Of a stretch of DNA of 47,054 nucleotides, positions 27,354 through 37,114 are shown one piece after another. The stretch comes from Clostridia bacterium (GTDB lineage: Bacteria > Bacillota > Clostridia > Christensenellales > CAG-138): positions 1 to 47,054 of the forward strand of contig JAFSHG010000074.1 of the NCBI GenBank assembly GCA_017440405.1. The letters run 5' to 3'. The position numbers and the translations under genes are program-made. The notes under the pieces were generated by a model. The model made no database searches and was not told the origin of the DNA. It saw nothing but the letters and a program-made list of their open reading frames with translations. Positions within the stretch are counted from its first letter, which is position 1. Each line of letters begins with the position of its first letter.

Positions 27354-27388
27354 GAAAATGAGTGGCGGCAAGTGTCCCACCCATTTTC
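27354..27388. promoter_or_regulatory. 12-bp inverted repeat GAAAATGAGTGG-N11-CCACCCATTTTC (one G.T) upstream of the RHH gene; candidate operator or RNA hairpin
   Basis: Read directly from the sequence. There is no U-tract on either side, so it is not a classic terminator. Confidence 0.4.
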
Positions 27389-27410
27389 GCTTTGTGTGTT
27401 GCTCCGGTTT

Positions 27411-27551
27411 TTAATCGGAGTCTTTCCTTTTTGCTTCAGCTATTACTTCGTCAATCAATTCCATTGCTTTTTCATTGTTTCCACTTTGAAGTAGAAATTT
27501 GATTGAGAGCATAACTGTCAAGAGTTCAAGCCTTGTCATATCTTCACTCAT
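27411..27551 (-). CDS. Possible 46-aa helical protein (below the ORF-track cutoff)
   Basis: MSEDMTRLELLTVMLSIKFLLQSGNNEKAMELIDEVIAEAKRKDSD. Strong RBS GAAAGGAGA lies 5 nt upstream of ATG 27551. Confidence 0.35.
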   Translation of the reverse strand: MSEDMTRLELLTVMLSIKFLLQSGNNEKAMELIDEVIAEAKRKDSD

Positions 27552-27713
27552 TGCGTCTCCTTTCTCCGATTTCTCGGTTAACGGCTTGCCACCGATGTTA
27601 TTATTTCATACCTTTATGGGCATTTCGGTGCTTTTATCGATTGCAAAAATATATTTTGAAACCGACCTATTATTTCAAGCGTTATTACAAGGACACAAAC
27701 TCTTTGCCTTCAC

Positions 27714-28376
27714 TCAATCGGGCTCCACCAGATAAATAGTTACATTGGAGGGAATGTTCTCAACTTCCTCATATGTGATTACGTCATATGATTCGGGAAG
27801 CGTGGGCTTTGTGTTGACAGACCTATTCCGTGTGAGACCATTGTAAGAATATATGAAATACCAGTTCTTTCCTCCTAATTCAACTTCAAATACAGAACCG
27901 TCACCGATTACCTCCGCACCGCTGCCGTCCGACATGTCCGCTATATAGATAGATAATGCGTTTTTTGCATCGGAAAGGGCTCTGACACTATCGGGCTCCA
28001 CCAGATAAATGGTTACATTAGAGGGAATGTTCCCAACTTCCTCATATGTGATTATTTCATATGATTCGGGAAGCGTGGGCTTTGTGTTCACATCCTCATT
28101 CGGCGCAATACCATTGCCAGCATATGTGTAATACCAGTTCTTTCCCCCTAATTCAACTTCAAACACAGAACCGTCACCAACTACCTCCATACCGTCGCCA
28201 CGGCTATTGCCCGCTATATAGATAGCTAATGTGTTTTTTGCATCGGTAAAGGCTCTCTCTGCATCTTTCTCTTGCGAAAGTTCATTCCTCAGCAGACCGG
28301 GAATCGCGACACTAATACATCCCGAAAGAATTGCTGTTATAACCAACATGGAAATTATCATCATTATCTTCTTCAT
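27714..28376 (-). CDS. Lipoprotein of unknown family built from two tandem 91-aa repeats
   Basis: Signal peptide plus lipobox (ILSGC). RBS AAGGAGGA. The repeats share ..DGSVFEVELGGKNWY..NTKPTLPESY..ITYEEV.NIPSNVTIYLVEPD. Confidence 0.75.
   Translation of the reverse strand: MKKIMMIISMLVITAILSGCISVAIPGLLRNELSQEKDAERAFTDAKNTLAIYIAGNSRGDGMEVVGDGSVFEVELGGKNWYYTYAGNGIAPNEDVNTKPTLPESYEIITYEEVGNIPSNVTIYLVEPDSVRALSDAKNALSIYIADMSDGSGAEVIGDGSVFEVELGGKNWYFIYSYNGLTRNRSVNTKPTLPESYDVITYEEVENIPSNVTIYLVEPD
27718..28263. repeat. Tandem direct duplication, 2 x 273 bp, in frame inside the lipoprotein gene
   Basis: Copy A (27718-27990) and copy B (27991-28263) both start tcgggctccaccagataaat. They are clearly alignable along their full length, with scattered substitutions. 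Confidence 0.9.
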
Positions 28377-28414
28377 AAAAATTCCTCCTTATTTATATTT
28401 TTCATTATGTTTTT

Positions 28415-28443
28415 ATTTTAATGTATTTGCAGATAAATTGCAA
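28415..28443 (-). promoter_or_regulatory. Putative promoter of the lipoprotein gene (TTGCAA-17-TAAAAT)
   Basis: On the minus strand, the -35 lies at 28443-28438 and the -10 at 28420-28415. Confidence 0.5.
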
Positions 28444-28454
28444 GCATTTTTTGA

Positions 28455-28490
28455 ACAAAAAAAGAAAACCGCCGAGTTCACAGCGGTTTT
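28455..28490 (-). terminator. obg rho-independent terminator
   Basis: On the minus strand, AAAACCGC-N10-GCGGTTTT is followed by CTTTTTTTG. Confidence 0.8.
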
Positions 28491-28529
28491 ATGTTAAAAC
28501 TTTTGCAATGAATTTTAAGACGCAAAGAG

Positions 28530-29819
<1,290 letters not shown>

Positions 29820-29842
29820 TTATTACGATACAAAATGCAAGC

Positions 29843-30475
29843 TCATATCCCCGTACTCGATTCACAAATTCCGTTCAGCTTGCACTCATTGCACTTGGGT
29901 TTTTTAGCATGGCACACCCGTCTGCCGTGAAATATGAGAAGGTGGTGGGCTATGCTCCATTCCTCTCGGGGTATGTTTTCCATGAGCTGTTTTTCCGTCT
30001 TATCCACAGTAGAGGCGTTTGCAAGCCCTATCCTGTTTGAAACACGAAAAACATGCGTATCCACCGCAATGGCGGGTACTCCGAATGCGTTTGACAACAC
30101 CACATTTGCCACTTTTCGTCCCACCCCCGGCAGTCGCATAAGTTCTTCCCGAGTCTCGGGTACTCGACCTGAAAATTCAGACACAATGAGCTTGCACGCT
30201 TCTGTTATATTATGCGCCTTTGCTCTGTACAATCCGCATGTGCGTATGTGCGGTTCCAACTCATCGGGAGAGAGGTCTGCAAAATCTTACGGTGTTGAGT
30301 ACATAGGAAAAAGCTCTGCCGTCACCATATTCACTCTCTTATCCGTACATTGTGCAGACAATATAGCCGCAATGAGCAGTTCAAAAGCGTTGTTGTAGTC
30401 CAACTCGGGCTTTGCGTCCGGGTACAGCTCATGCAGTATCGCCAATATCCTCAGTGCGGTCGCCTTATCTGTCAT
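29843..30475 (-). pseudogene. nth: Endonuclease III interrupted by one in-frame TAA (30287-30289)
   Basis: The two track ORFs (30287..30475 and 29843..30259) are in the same frame. Read-through gives a 210-codon Nth with HhH (LPGVGRKVANVVL), AVDTHVFRV and the 4Fe-4S ligands C-X6-C-X2-C-X5-C. The stop sits in ..LFPMYSTP*DFADLSPDELEPHIRTCGLYRAKA.. Confidence 0.85.
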
Positions 30476-31385
30476 TCCACAACTTTTCGGGGTATACGCC
30501 CTCTTTTTTCAGCTTCTCAATGGCTTCCATGAGTGCCGGCTTATCCTGCGGATACGTCACGCCGTGCCAACGGTCGTGTGTGGGAATAACTTTCACGCTT
30601 GCACGGTTTGCAGATATCGCTCTGCGCACGGCTTCGGGCAAGTAGTCCTCACCTTTGAGCGGATTTTCCCTTGCTATTTTTTCAAGCATTACGGGGAAGC
30701 CCTGCTCCAATTCTTTCATCATTCCCGTATTAAATCCCCACATATTCATGGACACCGTTGCACCCTCGGGTATCTTTATGAAGGTTTCGCCGTCATCTTC
30801 CGTGTACTCTGCACCCTCGCCCGCCATACGAATCTTTGTACGCTCATGTATGTCCGCCAAGTTTCCGTTTGCGTCCACCTCACACACGCCTCGGGATACG
30901 TATCCGTGCTCGGTGAGCGTGTTTGCCACGGGATAACCTATTACGCAATGCTCATTTTCATTATTATTTTTAGTCAAAAAATCATATGCAATACGGAAAG
31001 CCTCGGGTCCGTAGTAATCGTCTGCATTGAGCGGCACGAATGCCGAACCTGAAAGCGCCTCCTTGCAACACAAAACAGCGTGTGATGTTCCCCACGGTTT
31101 TACTCTGCCTTCGGGTACGGTAAATCCATCGGGCAGCATATCGAGCTGCTGAAAAACATACTGGACGTTTGCATGTTTTTCCATGCGGTTGCCTATTGCC
31201 GCCTTAAAGTCCGCTTCAATCTCATGCTTTATAATAAATACTATATCCTCAAAGCCCGCACGAAGTGCATCGTATATGGAAAAGTCAATTATTATATTCC
31301 CGTATTTGTCCACGGGGTCTATCTGTTTCAGTCCGCCATAGCGTGAACCCATTCCCGCTGCCATTATTACAAGTTTCGGTTTCAT
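30465..31385 (-). CDS. Sugar-phosphate nucleotidyltransferase family protein
   Basis: 306 aa. The N-terminal motif is LVIMAAGMGSRYGGLKQ. The stop overlaps the nth start by 11 nt. Confidence 0.75.
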   Translation of the reverse strand: MKPKLVIMAAGMGSRYGGLKQIDPVDKYGNIIIDFSIYDALRAGFEDIVFIIKHEIEADFKAAIGNRMEKHANVQYVFQQLDMLPDGFTVPEGRVKPWGTSHAVLCCKEALSGSAFVPLNADDYYGPEAFRIAYDFLTKNNNENEHCVIGYPVANTLTEHGYVSRGVCEVDANGNLADIHERTKIRMAGEGAEYTEDDGETFIKIPEGATVSMNMWGFNTGMMKELEQGFPVMLEKIARENPLKGEDYLPEAVRRAISANRASVKVIPTHDRWHGVTYPQDKPALMEAIEKLKKEGVYPEKLWNDR

Positions 31386-31480
31386 AAAGTATATCTCTCC
31401 TTTTTTGTTTGTATTCGGTTAAAGTGACGCACGATTATTTTGACCTTTATCATCAAAACTTTTTTCGTACACACAAATTA

Positions 31481-31512
31481 TTATAGCACAACTTAAAACT
31501 ATGTGCTATAAT
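31481..31512 (+). promoter_or_regulatory. Perfect 10-bp inverted repeat TTATAGCACA-N11-TGTGCTATAA overlapping an extended -10 (TGcTATAAT, 31504-31512) upstream of ord
   Basis: Read directly from the sequence, about 80 nt upstream of ATG 31592. Confidence 0.5.
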
Positions 31513-31591
31513 TAAAAGGTAAATTTATGCGCAAATGCCGAAAAAGGCAATTTTGAGCACAAAAAAGCTATAACTACGGAGGTTTTTTATC

Positions 31592-32635
31592 ATGAAAGAA
31601 GCATTAAAAGTTTCAGTTTGGGGCTTTGGAGCAATGGGCTCGGGTATCACAAAGGTTCTTCTGCGCAAAAAAGGCGTGGAAATCACAGGTGTATGTGATA
31701 TGCATCCCGACAGAGTGGGAAAGAGCATATTTGATGTTCTGGGTGTGGAAAGAGGCAGTCATAAAGACGTTGTGGTAACTCCCGACATCGAAAAAGCAAT
31801 TGCAGGCAGCCGCATCTGTATGATTTGTACAAACTCATTCACAAAGGATGTTTTCGACAAGCTGAAGCTCGTGTGTGAGCATGGTATAAACTGCATCACC
31901 ACGGCAGAGGAAATGAGCTATCCGCAGGCTAAGGAACCCGAGCTTGCAAAGAAGATTGACGAGTTTGCAAAGGCAAACGGTGTTACAGTCCTCGGTACAG
32001 GCATAAACCCCGGTCTCATGATGGATCTTTTGGCTGTATGTCTCTCGGGCTGTATGACAGATGTGGAAAAAGTTCTCTGCCGCCGTGTAAACAGCCTTTC
32101 TCCCTTTGGTCCTGCCGTTATGGTGGAGCAGGGTATTGGTATCACCACGGACGACTTTGAAAAGGGCAAGGCAGACGGAAGTCTTGCAGGTCATGTTGGA
32201 TTCATTGAGTCCGTAAATATGATTGCAGACGCTATCGGCTGGAAAGTGGATAAGTTTGAGCAGCAGATGGAGCCCATCGTAACCGATGTGGACAGAAAAT
32301 CTCCCTACGGTTTTGCAGCAAAAGGACATGTGGCAGGCGTAAATATGACGGGTCAGGGCTATGTAGACGGTCAGGTTAAGATAGATATGTATCATCCCCA
32401 GCAGATAGAGCCTGAAATGGTGGGAACACACACAGGCGACTACATAGAACTCACAGGTACACCCAATGTTAATATGGCAATAAAGCCCGAAGTTGACGGC
32501 GGCATAGGCACCATTGCTATGTGCGTGAACATGATTCCCCATGTGGTAAACGCAAAGCCCGGTCTTAAAACCATGATAGACCTTCCCGTACCCAGAGCAA
32601 TCATGGGTGACATAAGGGATATGATAGAGGAATAA
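31592..32635 (+). CDS. ord: 2,4-diaminopentanoate dehydrogenase (DapB-like NAD(P) amine dehydrogenase)
   Basis: 347 aa. Rossmann motif VWGFGAMGSGI. The assignment is supported by context, as it lies immediately upstream of ortA/ortB/oraS/oraE. Confidence 0.82.
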   Translation: MKEALKVSVWGFGAMGSGITKVLLRKKGVEITGVCDMHPDRVGKSIFDVLGVERGSHKDVVVTPDIEKAIAGSRICMICTNSFTKDVFDKLKLVCEHGINCITTAEEMSYPQAKEPELAKKIDEFAKANGVTVLGTGINPGLMMDLLAVCLSGCMTDVEKVLCRRVNSLSPFGPAVMVEQGIGITTDDFEKGKADGSLAGHVGFIESVNMIADAIGWKVDKFEQQMEPIVTDVDRKSPYGFAAKGHVAGVNMTGQGYVDGQVKIDMYHPQQIEPEMVGTHTGDYIELTGTPNVNMAIKPEVDGGIGTIAMCVNMIPHVVNAKPGLKTMIDLPVPRAIMGDIRDMIEE

Positions 32636-32690
32636 TTTTTGTAGGGGCGAACTGTGTTCGCCCGTCTTACTGCAAAAGGAGGAGAATAGA

Positions 32691-32993
32691 ATGTCAAAGA
32701 AAAATGACTATGTGCAGATTCACCGCACGGTGCTCACGCCCGATTTAAGATCAAAGAATCTGCCCGAGGAAACTCATACCAAACCGCTTGAAATGTGGGT
32801 AAAGGGTTACTTGCAGGAAGAATCTGCAAATGTGGGTGACAGCGTAACGGTTATCACACGCACGGGCAGAGTGGCACAGGGTACACTCTGTGATGAAGCT
32901 CCGCATTTTGAACATAGCTGGGGAAAACTTATACCCGAGCTTTTACATGTGGGCGACCAGGTTCGTGAAATAGTTTTCGGAGGTGAAGAGTGA
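32691..32993 (+). CDS. ortA: 2-amino-4-ketopentanoate thiolase, alpha subunit
   Basis: 100 aa. ..VQIH..VL.P..R...LPE.T...PLEMWVKG.L... matches OrtA-type proteins. It is translationally coupled to ortB. Confidence 0.82.
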   Translation: MSKKNDYVQIHRTVLTPDLRSKNLPEETHTKPLEMWVKGYLQEESANVGDSVTVITRTGRVAQGTLCDEAPHFEHSWGKLIPELLHVGDQVREIVFGGEE

Positions 32994-34393
32994 TGACACG
33001 GGATATGAGTTACGATGCAGTGATGGCTCGTAAAAACGAGATAATGAAAAAAGCCGTGGGCATGGACTTTTCAAAGTATGAGAGCGGTTCTGTGGCTTTT
33101 GATTATGAAGGCATGATGGCAGACACGGGCTACACCTTGGAGGACATAATAAATATCCAGAAGCAGTTTGCCATAGGCGATACTCACATAATTGAACTTA
33201 AAAACCTCACGGCACTTGCAAGGAAATGCGCACCCGCAGGTAAGGGCGCACGCATTTTCGTGAAAGATGAAGCCACAAACCCCTCGGGGAGCTTTAAGGC
33301 TCGCCGTGCTGCCACATCCATTTATCAGGCAAAGAAGATGGGTTACAAGGGCGCAATCTCCGCAACCAGCGGAAACTACGGTGCAGCAGTGGCGGCAACA
33401 TGTGCTATGGCAGGCTTGAAGTGCATAGTTGTACAGGAATGCTACGATTCACGTGGAATAGGTCAGCCCGAAATAGTGGAAAAAGCAAGAAAGTGTGAGG
33501 CACTCGGTGCAGAGGTTGTGCAGCTCACCGTGGGGCCCGAGCTTTTTTACAGCGTGCTTATAATGCTTGAAGAAACAGGATATTTTAATGCATCACTGTA
33601 CTCACCGTATGGCATAGCAGGTGTGGAAACATTGGGCTATGAGATAGCACAGCAGTTCCGCCGTGATTACAACACCGACCCCGATGTGGTGGTATGCTCA
33701 AACGCAGGCGGCGGCAACCTCACGGGTACGGCTCGCGGTCTTATGAAGGCGGGTTGCAAAGCGCAAATAGTAGCAGCAAGTGTTAATCTGAAAGGACTCC
33801 ACATGGCGTCCGATGACCAGTTTAATAAAAAGTCATTTACCACCAGTCACACGGGTTTCGGTATGCCCTTTGCTACAAATCCCGACAGAAGCGACGTTCC
33901 GAGAAGTGCGGCACGCCCCATGCGTTACATGGACAGGTATGTGACCGTGAATCAGGGTGAAGTTTTCTATATCACGGAAGCCTTGGCATCACTTGAAGGA
34001 CTGGAAAAAGGCCCTGCAGGAAATACAGCACTTGCAGCAGCTTTCTATCTGGCACAGGAAATGGATGAAAATCAGACCATAGTGGTGCAGGAAACGGAGT
34101 ACACGGGCGCAGGCAAGCACATACAGCCTCAGCTTTCATTTGCAAGGGACAACGGCATAGAAGTCAGACTCGGAAATCCCGAAGAAGAAGTGCCCGGAAA
34201 GAGCATAATTCTGCCCGAGCATCCGAGACTTATCCGTGCAAGGGATGTTGACTTAAATAAAATGCGTCACTCCCTCATCCGCAACAAGACGGAAGGTTAT
34301 GATAACCTCACCGATGAGGATATAGCATTCCTTGCAGCGGAAACTAAGACGGATAATGCGTACGTTTTGCAGACTTTGAAAGAGCTTAGGTAA
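32993..34393 (+). CDS. ortB: 2-amino-4-ketopentanoate thiolase, beta subunit (PLP-dependent)
   Basis: About 466 aa. Trp-synthase-beta-like PLP fold (NPSGSFKARRA .. SGNYGAA). ATG 32993 overlaps the ortA TGA (TGATG). Confidence 0.85.
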   Translation: MTRDMSYDAVMARKNEIMKKAVGMDFSKYESGSVAFDYEGMMADTGYTLEDIINIQKQFAIGDTHIIELKNLTALARKCAPAGKGARIFVKDEATNPSGSFKARRAATSIYQAKKMGYKGAISATSGNYGAAVAATCAMAGLKCIVVQECYDSRGIGQPEIVEKARKCEALGAEVVQLTVGPELFYSVLIMLEETGYFNASLYSPYGIAGVETLGYEIAQQFRRDYNTDPDVVVCSNAGGGNLTGTARGLMKAGCKAQIVAASVNLKGLHMASDDQFNKKSFTTSHTGFGMPFATNPDRSDVPRSAARPMRYMDRYVTVNQGEVFYITEALASLEGLEKGPAGNTALAAAFYLAQEMDENQTIVVQETEYTGAGKHIQPQLSFARDNGIEVRLGNPEEEVPGKSIILPEHPRLIRARDVDLNKMRHSLIRNKTEGYDNLTDEDIAFLAAETKTDNAYVLQTLKELR

Positions 34394-34498
34394 GTGCCTC
34401 AACACAAACAGAGGGTTTTATGTGCTTTCGGATTGTATTCAACACGAAAGTGCAATTTTAAGTATACAACGCAAAAATAAAATATAAGGAGACTGTAA

Positions 34499-34858
34499 AT
34501 GAAACGAACAGACGATTACGAACAGAGACGCGCTCATCTTGCAAACCTCACGGATGAACAGCTCAAAGAACGCTTTTGGCAGCTTGCCGAGCAGCTCACT
34601 CAACCCCTTCTCGACATGGGTTATGAGTACACATCCCCTGCTGTTGAGCGTTCGGTTTTGCTTCGCATGGGTTTTTCTTCCATTGAAGCAAAGGCCATTG
34701 TGGACGGATGCATGGAGCACTCGCTCATGGAGCATGGCGCAGGAAATGTAGTTTATAAACTGGCAAAAACAAATAACATGCAGATTAGAGAAGCAGGCCT
34801 TGCTCTTTGCAGCGGCAAACTCTGGTCTGATGCGGAAAAACTTTTTAAGGAGGCATAA
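34499..34858 (+). CDS. oraS: D-ornithine 4,5-aminomutase, S subunit
   Basis: 119 aa. RTDDYEQRRAHLANLTDEQLKERFW matches OraS. RBS AAGGAGA. Confidence 0.88.
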   Translation: MKRTDDYEQRRAHLANLTDEQLKERFWQLAEQLTQPLLDMGYEYTSPAVERSVLLRMGFSSIEAKAIVDGCMEHSLMEHGAGNVVYKLAKTNNMQIREAGLALCSGKLWSDAEKLFKEA

Positions 34859-34860
34859 TT

Positions 34861-37092
34861 ATGAGCGAATACAAGCTTCCCGCAGATAAGAACATAAATG
34901 TTGAAGAAATTCTCAAAGATTTAGAGAGCTATCGTCCCCGTCGTCGCGGTTGGACTTGGCGTGAACCTGTTGCAGACCAAAAGATGGGCCCCTTTACATA
35001 TAAGGACACTACAAAACCCCTTAAAAGCAGTGTACCCCTTCCCCCTGCACATTACTTTGGCGACATAGACCCTCAGCCCGCACCCGTTATCACCACGGAG
35101 ATTGCATCGGGCAGATTCGAGGATGACATCCGCCGTATGCGTATGGCAGCACATCACGGGGCAGACCACATCATGGTTATCCGTACCGCAGGTCAGTCAC
35201 ACTTTGACGGACTTATAGAAGGCACTCCCCAGGGCATGGGCGGTGTACCCATTACCCGTAAACAGGTCAGAGCTCAGAGAAAGGCTTTGGACATGATAGA
35301 AGATGAAGTGGGCAGACCCATAAATTACCACTCATATGTTTCAGGCGTTGCAGGTCCCGATATTGCCGTTATGTTCGCAGAAGAAGGCGTGAACGGTGTA
35401 CATCAAGACCCCCAGTACAACGTAATTTACAGAAATATAAACATGATTCGTTCATTCGTGGACGCATGTGAATCCAAAAAGCTCATAGCTTGGGCAGGTA
35501 TGGCACAGATAGACGGTGCTCATAACGCAAACGCAACCGCTCGTGAGGCATGGAAAGTTATGCCCGAACTCATGGTTCAGCACGGTATTAACGCTATATT
35601 CTCGGCTAAAGTCGGTGTTGACAAAAAGAATATATGCTTGTCCACTGTTCCCCCCACGGCTACTCCCGCACCCTGTGTGTACATGGACTTGCCGTATGCT
35701 GTGGCACTCCGTGACATTTTCAGCGAGTACCGTATGCGTGCGCAGATGAATACCAAATACATTGAGTCATCAACACGTGAAGCTACCGTTACTCATGTTC
35801 TGAACATGGTAATTTCAAAGCTCACAAGCGCAGATATCCAGTCCACCATAACCCCCGATGAGGGCAGAAATGTACCTTGGCACATCTACAACATTGAAGC
35901 TTGCGACACTGCAAAGCAGACTTTGGTGGGACTTGACGGGCTCATGGACATGGTAGAACTTAAAAAGGACGGCTATCTCCGTGACAAGGCAAGAGAATTG
36001 AAAGAACGTGCTATCCTCTTTATGGAGGAGATGATAGAACTCGGCGGATATTATGAGTCCGTACAGGAAGGCATGTTTGTGGATTCGGGCATATACCCCG
36101 AGCGCAACGGTGACGGCATAGCAAGAAAGATTGACGGCGGCATAGGCGCAGGTACAATATTCAAGCGTGCAAAGGATTACATGGCTCCCGTAACCGCTCA
36201 CTACGGCTACAACAATGTTGAGCAGTACGATAAATCCGCAGTAGGCGACCCTGCAAAGCTCATTGGCGGCTGTACGCTTGAGTGTCCCGAAAAGATTGTC
36301 TACATCGACGAATTGGACGATGAGGATAACTGCATAAAGCGTATGGAAGCTGTGAAAGACTTCACACCCGGTCAGAGCAAAATGCTTCGTCCCGAAATGG
36401 AATGGCTCGCTGACGGCGTGGTCATGATGACCATGTTCTTCCCCACAGAAAAGCGTGTGGCTCAAGCTGCAGCACTTGAATGCGGCAAAAAGATGGGACT
36501 TACCGAAGTGGAAGTTATAAGCACAGAGGTTATGCATCCTGTTGAGGGCACAAGAATAGAGATAAAGGGTAAAGTTCCTTTTGAGCTTGAAATAGATAAG
36601 CTCACTATTCCCGAAGAGCCCGATGTACTCGATGACGACGTTATCCGCAAGGATATAGAACGCAGACCCATGAAGATTGTTGCAGGTACAGTGGGTGACG
36701 ATGAACATTCCGTAGGCTTGCGTGAAATCATAGATATCAAGCACGGCGGCATAGAGAAGTACGGTATGGAAGTTATATACCTCGGCACATCCGTACCGCC
36801 CGAAAAACTCATTGACGCTGCTATTGAAGTTAATGCGGACGCTGTTATGGCTTCCACCATCATAAGCCACGACGATATCCACTATAAGAATATCGCTCGC
36901 ATCGACCAGATAGCAAAGGAAAAGGGTATCCGTGATAAGATTATCTTCATCGCAGGCGGTACTCAGGTAACTCCCGCCCTCGCAAGAAAAGCAGGCGCAG
37001 ATGAGGGCTTCGGCAGAGGCTCACACGGCGTTCACAATGCTACTTTCCTCATCAAAAAGAGATGGGAAATGGAAAAAGACGGCAAGATGTAA
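34861..37092 (+). CDS. oraE: D-ornithine 4,5-aminomutase, E subunit (PLP TIM barrel plus C-terminal B12-binding Rossmann domain)
   Basis: 743 aa. The C-terminal segment ..VAGTVGDDEHSVGLREI.. carries the cobalamin DxHxxG-type motif. The start lies 2 nt after the oraS stop. Confidence 0.93.
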   Translation: MSEYKLPADKNINVEEILKDLESYRPRRRGWTWREPVADQKMGPFTYKDTTKPLKSSVPLPPAHYFGDIDPQPAPVITTEIASGRFEDDIRRMRMAAHHGADHIMVIRTAGQSHFDGLIEGTPQGMGGVPITRKQVRAQRKALDMIEDEVGRPINYHSYVSGVAGPDIAVMFAEEGVNGVHQDPQYNVIYRNINMIRSFVDACESKKLIAWAGMAQIDGAHNANATAREAWKVMPELMVQHGINAIFSAKVGVDKKNICLSTVPPTATPAPCVYMDLPYAVALRDIFSEYRMRAQMNTKYIESSTREATVTHVLNMVISKLTSADIQSTITPDEGRNVPWHIYNIEACDTAKQTLVGLDGLMDMVELKKDGYLRDKARELKERAILFMEEMIELGGYYESVQEGMFVDSGIYPERNGDGIARKIDGGIGAGTIFKRAKDYMAPVTAHYGYNNVEQYDKSAVGDPAKLIGGCTLECPEKIVYIDELDDEDNCIKRMEAVKDFTPGQSKMLRPEMEWLADGVVMMTMFFPTEKRVAQAAALECGKKMGLTEVEVISTEVMHPVEGTRIEIKGKVPFELEIDKLTIPEEPDVLDDDVIRKDIERRPMKIVAGTVGDDEHSVGLREIIDIKHGGIEKYGMEVIYLGTSVPPEKLIDAAIEVNADAVMASTIISHDDIHYKNIARIDQIAKEKGIRDKIIFIAGGTQVTPALARKAGADEGFGRGSHGVHNATFLIKKRWEMEKDGKM

Positions 37093-37114
37093 GTAAGTTT
37101 TTTAGTTCTTTTAT

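Noticed and set aside
27093-27551. Type II toxin-antitoxin pair (RHH antitoxin plus the small neighbouring ORF)
   Set aside because: The 46-aa neighbour lies upstream, is acidic and helical, and resembles no toxin fold. The RHH gene is followed directly by a terminator, so there is no toxin-sized partner.
30287-30289. Stop-codon reassignment or programmed read-through of TAA in nth
   Set aside because: TAA is used as the normal terminator by several well-delimited genes in this window. TAA is not a Sec or Pyl codon, and I see no recoding signal. A nonsense mutation or a sequencing error is simpler.
31386-31591. Cobalamin riboswitch controlling the B12-dependent ornithine aminomutase cluster (also checked at 34394..34498)
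   Set aside because: There is no B12-box-like core, and both regions are too short for the aptamer.
35815-36882. 355-aa ORF antisense to oraE
   Set aside because: It lies entirely inside a confidently identified gene on the other strand. It has no RBS and a low-complexity, Cys/His/Phe-rich translation with no family resemblance. It is a typical shadow ORF.
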